Part shown: one piece after another, positions 48,520-60,100 of the stretch | How the letters are laid out: each line of letters starts with the position of its first letter | Numbering within the stretch: the first letter of the stretch is position 1 | NCBI GenBank assembly: GCA_020137815.1 | Contig: CM035350.1 | Location: 7,130,001 to 7,194,000, forward strand | Source of the DNA: Hormiphora californensis | Lineage: Eukaryota; Animalia; Ctenophora | DNA length: 64,000 bases | Reading direction: 5' to 3' | Notes under the pieces: generated by a model | Seen by the model: the letters and a program-made list of their open reading frames with translations, nothing else | Database searches by the model: none | Told to the model about the DNA's origin: nothing | Program-made: the position numbers and the translations under genes

Positions 48520-49303
48520 GGGGGGGGGGGGGCCTGCCGCAAGAATCTCATGCCTCATTTGCAATTTTCAGGGTAGCTGGGATTTTTGAGATTTTCGATT
48601 TTTGGCTAAAAAACGTGGGATTTTTGAGATTTTTGAGGCAAATCTGCGATTTTTCGGGGAAAACCCGCAAATTTTTCTCAAAAATCTCATAGAAAGGAAA
48701 AATTTCGATTCGAAAATTTGGAATAGAAACAATCCTTGTTGGAGAAAGTTGGCCTTGATGATAATGCCACAAACAGAAGAGTTATCGAAGTATTTCTACG
48801 TAAGTATATAATATTTAACACCCTGTAAATCGATGCCTAAACCATCTTATTGTTATTATTGAACTAACCACTATGTGTTTTTTTCAGAAGACACAGTACC
48901 ATCTACCAATAGGGGCAGGCACAAATCTAACGAATCAGGATCCAGTACAGCCTCCTCTTCCTCAGTTTCTATAGTATCAGAACCAGTTCCAAACAACAAC
49001 ACACCTCCACACACACCAAACACTCCTAAAGTCCCCGCACGGGATCCCCTCCAGACCAACAAAACACCACAACCCCCATCCAAAAAACAGTCTAGATCAG
49101 CCGCAGTTTCCAGGACTTCTTCTAAAGATGCTACTCCCACCCCAGCCGCAGTTTCCAGGACTTCTTCTAAAGATGCTACTCCCACTCCAGCCTATGCTCA
49201 AAAATCTCAAACGAAATTGAGCAAATTTTCCCTAAAATCTCAAAAATCTCATCGGCCGAAAAGAGGGTAGCTGAGATTTTTGCGGCAGGCCCCCCCCCCC
49301 CCC
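48520..49303. mobile_element. Poly-G/poly-C-ended element, family B, 5-bp TSD AACTA, carrying a two-exon gene fragment
   Basis: AACTA|(G)nCCTGCCGCAAGAATCTCA ... TGAGATTTTTGCGGCAGG(C)n|AACTA; empty site AGAACTAGTTAAGG at 49851 and 50332. Confidence 0.85.
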
Positions 49304-50540
49304 AACTAGTTAAGGTTGAAGGCTGGGTCTGAATAGTTGCAATGGGATTGCTTCACAGTCAAACTTTTCGGACTAGGGTTGTGAGATCATAGTTGCTAGG
49401 GAAGAGAGCTCACTGCCAAGACGTGATACAAGTAGGATTGTAGTTGAAGTACGGTATTTTCATTACGATAATATATATGTGCTAGCGGCATTCATAGTTC
49501 TTAGTTCTATTAACTAGATGAGTGTCGCTATGTCTAGTTAGACGATACTTTCTTACAAACTTCTTATTACATATTTCACACGTAAATCTTCTTATATCGG
49601 CCGGGTTAGAGAAACCACTTTATGGGCCGACTCTCCCTCGAAATACTTCTAAGGAGAGTCGGGTCCCTGTGGCAATTAAATATGTAATATTTATACGATA
49701 ATATATATGTGCTAGCGGCCGGGTTAGAGAAACCACTTTATGGGCCGACTCTCCCTCGATATACTTCTAAGGAGAGTCGGGTCCCTGTGGCAATTAAATA
49801 TGTAATATTTATTATCCAGTAGCCAGGGATGAGAGTTGTGTTGGTGCAATAGAACTAGTTAAGGTTGAAGGCAGAGTACATCACCGGTGGCCAGGCATGC
49901 CAACAGTTACAGCAACCCCACAGTAACCGAAGTATACTGCGGGGAGCTGCAAGCCCGGTGAGGCACTAGGAGTATCTCTCTCTCTCCCTCAGTGGTAAGT
50001 AGAGTTGTCATGGAGGGAGAGGAAGGAATAAGGGAAGTTCCAGGAAGTCAGGCGGAAGGTGGTGCTAGGTGGTGCTAGCGGACGGGTTAGAGAAACCACT
50101 TTATGGGCCGACTCTCCCTCGAAATACTTCTAAGGAGAGTCGGGTCCCTGTGGCAATTAAATATGTAATATTTATACGATAATATATATGTGCTAGCGGC
50201 CGGGTTAGAGAAACCACTTTATGGGCCGACTCTCCCTCGATATACTTCTAAGGAGAGTCGGGTCCCTGTGGCAATTAAATATTTAATATTTATTATCCAG
50301 TAGCCAGGGATTAGAGTTGTGTTGGTGCAATAGAACTAGTTAAGGTTGAAGGCTGGGTCTGAATAGTTGCAATGGGACTGCTTCACAGTCAAACTTTTCG
50401 GACTAGGGTTGTGAGATCATAGTTGCTAGGGAAGAGAGCTCACTGCCAAGACGTGATACAAGTAGGATTGTAGTTGAAGTACGGTATTTTCATTACGATA
50501 ATATATATGTGCTAGCGGCATTCATAGTTCTTAGTTCTAT

Positions 50541-51125
50541 GGGGGGGGGGGGGGCCAAGGCCAAAAAAAGCCAGATCAATCCCGGATTTTAGGGCGGGTC
50601 TGGCTTTTTTTTTGGCTTTTTTTGGCCCTACTTTTTTGGTCATTTTGGCATGTAATTCTGACATTATATGGTCTGTTTGACATTAAAAACACTTTAAAAT
50701 GGCTTCTTTGATCTAGTTTTACCATTTTATATCGTAAGGGAAAAAAATTTTATATCGAAAAAAGTTTGATATAAAAAAGCCAGATCAAAAAAAGCCAAAA
50801 AAATCCAGATCAAAAAAAGCCAAAAAAAGCCAGATCAAAAAAAGCCAAAAAAAGCCAGATCAAAAAAAGCCAGATCAAAAAAAGCCAAAAAAAGCCAGAT
50901 CAAAACTGCTAAATCAAAAAAAGCCAGATCAAAAAAAGCCAAAAAAAGCCAATAAAAGCCAAAAAAGGCCAAAAAAAGCCAGATCAAAAAAGGCCAGATC
51001 AAAAAAAGCCAAAAAAAGCCAGATCAAAAAAAGCCAAAAAAAGCCAGATCAAAAAAAGCCAAAAAAAGCCAGATCAGATCCGGATTTCAGGGCGGGTTTG
51101 GCTTTTTTTGGCATTGGCCCCCCCC
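50541..51125. mobile_element. Family A MITE, independent insertion, TSD TCTAT
   Basis: TCTAT|(G)n ... (C)n|TCTAT; empty site TTAGTTCTATTAACTAG at 49501. Confidence 0.85.
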
Positions 51126-54100
51126 TCTATTAACTAGATGAGTGTCGCTATGTCTAGTTAGATGATACTTTCTTACAAACTTCTTATTACATATTTCACA
51201 CGTAAATCTTCTTATATCGGCCGGGTTAGAGAAACCACTTTATGGGCCGACTCTCCCTCGAAATACTTCTAATGAGAGTCGGGTCCCTGTGGCAATTAAA
51301 TATGTAATATTTATACGATAATATATATGTGCTAGCGGCCGGGTTAGAGAAACCACTTTATGGGCCGACTCTCCCTCGATATACTTCTAATGAGAGTCGG
51401 GTCCCTGTGGCAATTAAATATGTAATATTTATTATCCAGTAGCCAGGTTACTCTATGGGACAAATAAATAGGTTCCACAAAATTTCAGGCAGCGATTGCG
51501 GCCACATAGTTTGAGATATCGACCTGAAGTTTTGTAGGCATGTTCTATTCTTTGTATATATCGCAAAAGGCAAGCTTCCCCTCGTCCGGCCAGTGCACTA
51601 GGAGGAAAAACAGGTAACCTGTTTATATCGGACTGTATTACCAACATACAATGTGAGTATGCAGTACCATAAACAAATACGATAATATATATGTGCTAGC
51701 GGCCGGGTTAGAGAAACCACTTTATGGGCCGACTCTCCCTCGATATACTTCTAAGGAGAGTCGGGTCCCTGTGGCAATTAAATATGTAATATTTATTATC
51801 CAGTAGCCAGGGATGAGAGTTGTGTTGGTGCAATAGAACTAGTTAAGGTTGAAGGCAGAGTACATCACCGGTGGCCAGGCATGCCAACAGTTACAGCAAC
51901 CCCACAGTAACCGAAGTATACTGCGGGGAGCTGCAGGCCCGGTGAGGCACTAGGAGGAAAATAAACATATCATATACTCATATGTCTCTTTTCAAAGACC
52001 GTTCATCTCTATAAATCTTCCCACACACACATTTTAATCGGCCAGGTTAGAGAAACCACTTTATGGGCCGACTCTCCCTCGAAATACTTCTAAGGAGAGT
52101 CGGGTCCCTGTGGCAATTAAATATGTAATATTTATACGATAATATATGTGCTAGCGGCCGGGTTAGAGAAACCACTTTATGGGCCGACTCTCCCTCGATA
52201 TACTTCTAAGGAGAGTCGGGTCCCTGTGGCAATTAAATATGTAATATTTATTATCCAGTAGCCAGGGATGAGAGTTGTGTTGGTGCAATAGAACTAGTTA
52301 AGGTTGAAGGCTGGGTCTGAATAGTTGCAATGGGATTGCTTCATAGGCACAACAGTTACTGTTCTGATATGGCGATTGTAAGAAGTGGGGACTCTGATAC
52401 AGAAACAAGGGATTATTTATTATATAGATATGAGACAGCTGATTGCATGATATCTCATCTGCAATTTTGTAGTTCCGAGATAATCGCAAAAACTATTGCC
52501 CACCCTTCGTCAGAAAATAATGGGGGGGGGGGGGGGCAAGGCCAAAAAAAGCCAGATCAATCCCGGATTTTAGGGCGGGTCTGGCTTTTTTTGGCCCTAC
52601 TTTTTTGGTCATTTTGGCATGTAATTCTGACATTATATGGTCTGTTTGACATTAAAAACACTTTAAAATGGCTTCTTTGATCTAGTTTTACCATTTTATA
52701 TCGAAAGGGAAAAAATTTTCATACCGAAAAAAGTTTGATATAAAAAAAGCCAGATCAAAAAAAGCCAAAAAAAAGCCAGATCAAAAAAAGCCAAATCAAA
52801 AAAAGCCAAAAAAAGCCAAAAAAGGCCAATAAAAGCCAAAAAAAGCCAGATCAAAAAAGGCCAGATCAAAAAAAGCCAAAAAAAGCCAGATCAAAAAAAC
52901 CAAAAAAAGCCAGATCAAAAAAAGCCGAAAAAAGCCAGATCAGACCCGGATTTCAGGGCGGGTTTGGCTTTTTTTGGCCTTGCCCCCCCCCCCCATAATT
53001 GTTTTGGCATATCTGCACTAGGGCCATCCTGCAATCAGCTGTCTCATATAAATGCTCATTATTTATTAAGATAAGTTATTGGCAATGCCAATAGAGTACA
53101 TCACCGGTGGCCAGGCATGCCAACAGTTACAGCAACCCCACATCAACCAAAGTAAAATGCGGGGAGCTGCAGGCCCGGTGATGCATTAGAGAGGAGGAAA
53201 AACAGATTAAATATTCTATAACCTGTTTCAATTGGAATATCCTATGGTCGATTTATATTTAAATATTGTCGGCAGCCGTTCTGCTCTAAACGTTGCTACA
53301 ATAAGGACCATGGTCCAGGGAATCCGCGTGCATATTGATTACAGTTCACATCACGGGCTATCCAGTACAGACTACATATATAACGAATAAGGGTGGCGTT
53401 GCCGCTCCTACTAGCTACCATGGTGTCATCTATATATATATATTTATTTATTATTATTATTACATCAATATGTAACCAAACCGTACCGGTTAGACCTGAA
53501 ACTACACCCTCATGGTGGCGATTATATATATTTATTTATATACTTTATATTACTAACATACAGATTACAGTTAGAGAAACCACTTTATGGGCCGACTCTC
53601 CCTCGATATACTTCTAAGGAGAGTCGGGTCCCTGTGGCAATTAAATATGTAATATTTATTATCCAGTAGCCAGGGATGAGAGTTGTGTTGGTGCAATAGA
53701 ACTAGTTAAGGTTGAAGGCTGGGTCTGAATAGTTGCAATGGGATTGCTTCATAGGCACAACAGTTACTGTTCTGATATGGCGATTGTAAGAAGTGGGGAC
53801 TCTGATACAGAAACAAGGGATTATTTATTATATAGATATGAGACAGCTGATTGCATGATATCTCATCTGCAATTTTGTAGTTCCGAGATAATCGCAAAAA
53901 CTATTGCCCACCCTTCGTCAGAAAATAATGGGGGGGGGGGGCAAGGCCAAAAAAAGCCAGATCAATCCCGGATTTTAGGGCGGGTCTGGCTTTTTTGGCC
54001 CTACTTTTTTGGTCATTTTGGCATGTAATTCTGACATTATATGGTCTGTTTGACATTAAAAACACTTTAAAATGGCTTCTTTGGTCTAGTTTTACCATTT

Positions 54101-55038
54101 TATATCGATAGGGAAAAAATTTTCATACCGAAAAAAGTTTGATATAAAAAAAGCCAGATCAAAAAAAAGCCAAAAAAAGCAAGATCAAAACTGCTAAATT
54201 AAAAAAAGCCAGATCAAAAAAAGCCAAAAAAGGCCAATAAAAGCCAAAAAAGCCAGATCAAAAAAGGCCAGATCAAAAAAAGCCAAAAAAGCCAGATCAA
54301 AAAAACCAAAAAAGCCAGATCAAAAAAAGCCGAAAAAAGCCAGATCAGACCCGGATTTCAGGGCGGGTTTGGCTTTTTTTGGCCTTGGCCCCCCCCCCAT
54401 AATTGTTTTGGCATATCTGCACTAGGGCCATCCTGCAATCAGCTGTCTCATATAAATGCTCATTATTTATTAAGATAAGTTATTGGCAATGCCAATAGAG
54501 TACATCACCGGTGGCCAGGCATGCCAACAGTTACAGCAACCCCACATCAACCAAAGTAAAATGCGGGGAGCTGCAGGCCCGGTGATGCACTAGGAGGAAA
54601 ATAAACATATCATATACTCATATATCTCATTGAGTGGGCCTTCAAATTGTATCGCGATTTAAATCTTTTATCTATATCTAAATATAGTCAATACTACACT
54701 GAATTGGCGATAGTAGAAACTGGCATGTGCGACGTTTATATACATTTAATGATATAAAATCGATTTAAAATTTTTTATATAACTGGGCTCAGCTCTTGGG
54801 TTTCTGATATGGCGACTGTACGAAGTGGGGCCTCCGACACGGAAACAAGGGATTATTTATTATATAGATATGAGACTGCTTATTGCATGATGGCATATCT
54901 GCAATCTAGTAGTTCCGCAATTACAGTTCGGACACATTTACAGTCCTATCCACAGTCACAACATTGGCATATCTGCACTAGGGCCATCCTGCAATCAGCT
55001 GTCTCATATAAATGTTAATTATTAATTAAACTAAGTTA

Positions 55039-55381
55039 CGGCCTGCTTTGTACGTCAGGAGATCTCCCGGAGACGTCCCCCGGAGATCTCCCAGAAAAGT
55101 AAAAATTGTACCCTCTGTGAAAAATAGAAAAATTTCCGTTTTACTGACTAATTTGGACCCGCTAGAGACAATGCTGCACACAGAAAATTGTCCATTTTGT
55201 CAATTTTGTCAATTTTGAGCATTTTCTTGACTTTTGAGAGCGTTTCTGTGCACAGCATCGTCTCCAGTAGGTCCAATTAGTCGGTAACAACTAATTTCCA
55301 TAAAGGGTACAATCTTTTTACTTTTCTGGGAGATCTCTGGGGGACGTCTCCGGGAGCTCTCCCGATGTGCAAATCAGGCCC
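55039..55381. mobile_element. PIF/Harbinger-type MITE, TSD TTA
   Basis: TTA|CGGCCTGCTTTGTACGTCAGGAGATCTCCCGGAG ... CTCCGGGAGCTCTCCCGATGTGCAAATCAGGCCC|TTA; empty site AGTTATTGGCAATGCC at about 53074. Confidence 0.75.
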
Positions 55382-55463
55382 TTATTGGCAATGCCATCAG
55401 AGCCAGGCATACCAACAGTTACAGCAACCCCACAAAAACCGAAGTAAACTGAGGGTAGCTGCA

Positions 55464-56102
55464 GGCGAGGGGTACGTCACCTTTTTTTTGCCCACATTTG
55501 CCCACATGGTATATTGTGGGCAAACTGGGCAAAAGTGGGCAAAAATATTATAAGCATCAAAACTTTACCAGAAAACCCTCTGTGACAAATGTTTTTCACC
55601 TCCAATGTCTTCCAAGAGGTCCCCTCTATCGATTCCAACCGACAATTAATGTACTTACTTATTACTTAGGGTTGATAAGGCTCCATGTCCGACTGGACAA
55701 AAGTGGGCAAAAAATTTTGGCAAAATTACTAATTAGGCAAAGGCCAGTAATTTTTCGTCATTTTGGGGCTATTTAGGGAACTGATACATAACAAAGGTTT
55801 TCCACTTGCATTGTACTCCAATGGGGTCCCATAAAAACCAGAAAAATGTTCAACTCCAACCATGTGAGAAACGTGCCAACATATTTTGCCCATTTTCCCA
55901 GTTGGATATGGAGCCTTATCAAACTTGAGCAAACAAATTATCGTTTGGAATAAATAGGGGGGACCTTTGTCACAGACGATTACCTGGTTGATAGCATATA
56001 TTTTTTATGGATTTAAATTTTTTGCCTACTTTTGCCCATGTGGGCAAATTCAAGATTTAAGAATATTGTGGGCAATAAAAAAAAGTGACGTACCCCCCCC
56101 CC
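55464..56102. mobile_element. G/C-run-ended MITE, family C, 5-bp TSD CTGCA, inserted into a hairpin-A copy
   Basis: CTGCA|GGCGAGGGGTACGTCAC ... GTGACGTA(C)n|CTGCA; empty site GAGCTGCAGGCCCGG at about 51928. Confidence 0.8.
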
Positions 56103-57127
56103 CTGCAGGCCCGGTGAGGCATTGGAGAGGAGGAAAAACAGGTAACCTGTTTATATCAGAAGTATTATTAATATATATTAATGTTAATTAAACTAAGTAA
56201 CGGCCTGATTTGTGCATGTTTATCAAAAAGCCGAGTTAAACACCCGAGACATTAAATCCCCGTTAAAACTCATACATTTTATGACTTCAAAACATTTAAT
56301 GTGAATCGGTTTCACTGTGACAACTTACAGTTCTTCCAACGTATCACTATGAGTTATAGTAAACAGGCTTCCACTAATCTACTATTCAAAACCAGATGCC
56401 ATTGACATATGATTACAGCAAATTAAAGCATATTATAAATATATAAATTATAACATTTAATAAAGAAGGAAAACTCATTGGAGACCATACCTTTTGTGTG
56501 CAATGATTTTACTAACAGGATAGAATAACTAGCAGCTCTAAGTGACTACGCAGTGTGAATCAGTATCATCATGAACCTAGTGGTTTGTATGGGAGGCCAG
56601 TGTACTGAATACACACCGTGGGGTAAATGTCGAGCATCTACAACGGGCCTTATGATCACTAAAAGTTGAGTTATGGTGCGACTTACACCGTGTTTTACTG
56701 ACACTTAAGTTTGGCGCCTAAAAATTCAATCTCTAGTCTAGACCAGTATCATGCTTCATACACTATTATTCCCATTCATTAATAACATACTTATACAAGC
56801 TCCATAGCAATTGTTACAAAAATTATACAAACGTCCTCAGATGGTCATCTTGCCATTAGGTTTGACATTTCCAAACGCATGCTCTTTTTTGTCAACTTGT
56901 ATCTCCTGAGAGGTAAGATGCGATCAAAGAATCCAAAAAATACAGTCATTACCACTGCATGCTGATACAGAAATAGTTTGGATAAATTCCAGACCAAATT
57001 GTCAAGAGTAACAAGCGAGAAACGTATTACAAGTGGTAGGTGTAGAAAATGGTGATGGTGACATACCCTAAATGGTCAGATGAGTCACCATATGTCGCCA
57101 TTTGTCACCATGATAACCCCCCCCCCC

Positions 57128-60100
57128 CATACAGTTTCCTATTTGACGCAAGACAGTTGGACAGATCCATATTGCCATAAAAAGTTGAACACAGGTGCTA
57201 CGGCATGCGAGCACCGATACCAAATCATTCCCATTCTTGAATCACATCCTCAATTGGATACCATGTTTGGATATATATGCTTGGTCATCGGCTGGTTACC
57301 GCCAAAACATACACCAAAGGTTGCTTGACGTATAACGCAAGGTCATGTGATTGAATACAGTACAGGTTCTCACAGTTCAGAACACAAGCATTCTTCTTAT
57401 GGCAATATGGATCTGATCCTACTACGAGGGGAAGTTGCACCCGGGACCCAACAGTTCATTCTAAGTGCAATAATAAGGCAATGTACCCCCACAGTGGCCA
57501 TAATAATGTACCTTATTGTTGCTGGATGGGATGTTACAGCTGGGAGTGGTGGGCTGGGTAGTAGCAACACAGTAGTAGGATCTCTCAAAACATGTACAGG
57601 ATATCTGAGAGAGAGAGAACAATGTTAAAAGAGATTCAAGCAAATTAGCAAACCATTTGTCACCATGATAAGAATTGTGTAAGTTTAAGTAAATTCCAAG
57701 GAGGTACCGGGGAGGGGGAGGAAATGAATGGGGGTGCCACAAATTTCCCCCAATGCGCGTGCATTTAGCATCTTAAAACAGCTTGACAACTTTCACTTTC
57801 CTAGCCAATCATTTATCCGCGCGCTACACTCTCATTTCCCAGGTGATCTTGATAAGGATATCTGAACCAAGCAAGGACAGGATTGATATCAAGACCCCCC
57901 CCCCCCCCCTAAGAGTGTTTCTCACCTTAAAAGATACGTCCAACATCCTCCACAGATCCTCGAGAATTCCTCAAATAAAGGCTCCTCTTTTCTTTTAAAA
58001 TCCTCCCCACAAATACCATGATCCTCTTACAATTCCTGAGAGCACGTTGTTAGCTAGAGATAGAAGTATTTAGAAGACAATTTAATCAGCAATGTATGCC
58101 CCCAGTTACGCCACCACTGGATTATCAATTTTAGAACTAGAAATAAAATAAAGTTTCTTGAGTTGTCTTAATTTATAAGTTACCTTATTGTTGCTGGATG
58201 GGATGTTACAGCTGGGAGTGATGGGCTGGGTAGTAGCAACACAGTAGTAGGATCTCTCAAAACATGTACAGGATATCTGAGAGAGAGAGAACAATGTTAA
58301 AAGAGATTCAAGCAAATTAGCAAATGTAGGATATCAGGGTAACACACAGATCAGGCCTGATCCTAATATAATTTCTTTTAGCGCTAGAACCGCGGTCACG
58401 GAATAATTGGCCTGACAAGGCCAAAGGTAACAAACTAAGCAAATATTCAGGACTCACCTTGTGATAGGAGAGAGATGCCTGGCCGCGTGATTGAGTAACG
58501 CACGAACAATGCAGGTCTCTGATTGACTGACAGCATCACGTGACAATGCAGGATGTCCACATCTAAGTTCTAACAACATCCTCTGGGCATTCTTCTAGTC
58601 TTCCTCTCTGTCACCAACTCAACTGTATTAGGCATCCTGTAAAGGGGAGGGTGTGTTACAAATACAGAAGGACAGTGCTCCCATTTGATTTCCTGGTGAC
58701 TGATGTATTTTGAGGGAAGAGGGTTTTATAGAGAGGGGAGAGGACCTTAGAAACTAGTTTTTTTCTGCCACCTATCTCTCTCTCTCTCTATCTCTCACCG
58801 ATCAGGGTCAAACTGGTTCCCTTGGTAATAGACCTGTCGGGTAACGACCGAAGATTCAACAGCCACATACAGTTTCCTATTTGACGCAAGACAGTTAGAC
58901 AGATCCATATTGCGAGCACCGATACCAAATCATTCCCATTCTTGAATCACATCCTCAATTGGATACCATCCCCACAACCGATGTTTGGATATATATGCTT
59001 GGTCATCGGCTGGTTACCGCCAAAACATACACCAAAGGTTGCAACGCAAGGTCATGTGATTGAATACAGTACAGGTTCTCACAGTTCAGAACACAAGCAT
59101 TCTTCTTATGGCAATATGGATCTGATCCTACTACGAGGGGAAGTTGCACCCGGGACCCAACAGTTCATTCTAAGTGCAATAATAAGGCAATGTACCCCCA
59201 CAGTGGCCATAATAATGTACCTTATTGTTGCTGGATGGGATGTTACAGCTGGGAGTGGTGGGCTGGGTAGTAGCAACACAGTAGTAGGATCTCTCAAAAC
59301 ATGTACAGGATATCTGAGAGAGAGAGAACAATGTTAAAAGAGATTCAAGCAAATTAGCAAACCATTTGTCACCATGATAAGAATTGTGTAAGTTTAAGTA
59401 AATTCCAAGGAGGTACCGGGGAGGGGGAGGAAATGAATGGGGGTGCCACAAATTTCCCCCAATGCGCGTGCATTTAGCATCTTAAAACAGCTTGACAACT
59501 TTCACTTTCCTAGCCAATCATTTATCCGCGCGCTACACTCTCATTTCCCAGGTGATCTTGATAAGGATATCTGAACCAAGCAAGGACAGGATTGATATCA
59601 AGACCCCCCCCCCCCTAAGAGTGTTTCTCACCTTAAAAGATACGTCCAACATCCTCCACAGATCCTCGAGAATTCCTCAAATAAAGGCTCCTCTTTTCTT
59701 TTAAAATCCTCCCCACAAATACCATGATCCTCTTACAATTCCTGAGAGCACGTTGTTAGCTAGAGATAGAAGTATTTAGAAGACAATTTAATCAGCAATG
59801 TATGCCCCCAGTTACGCCACCACTGGATTATCAATTTTAGAACTAGAAATAAAATAAAGTTTCTTGAGTTGTCTTAATTTATAAGTTACCTTATTGTTGC
59901 TGGATGGGATGTTACAGCTGGGAGTGATGGGCTGGGTAGTAGCAACACAGTAGTAGGATCTCTCAAAACATGTACAGGATATCTGAGAGAGAGAGAACAA
60001 TGTTAAAAGAGATTCAAGCAAATTAGCAAATGTAGGATATCAGGGTAACACACAGATCAGGCCTGATCCTAATATAATTTCTTTTAGCGCTAGAACCGCG

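Larger units (their letters stand above)
43450..56125. repeat. Mosaic of shuffled 50-300 bp modules upstream of RepHel, including about 10 copies of hairpin A and 13 of hairpin B
   Basis: Recurrent AGTAC(C/A)TCACCGG...CCGGTGA(G/T)G and GGGCCGACTCTCC...GGAGAGTCGGGTCCC blocks in varying order. Confidence 0.85.
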
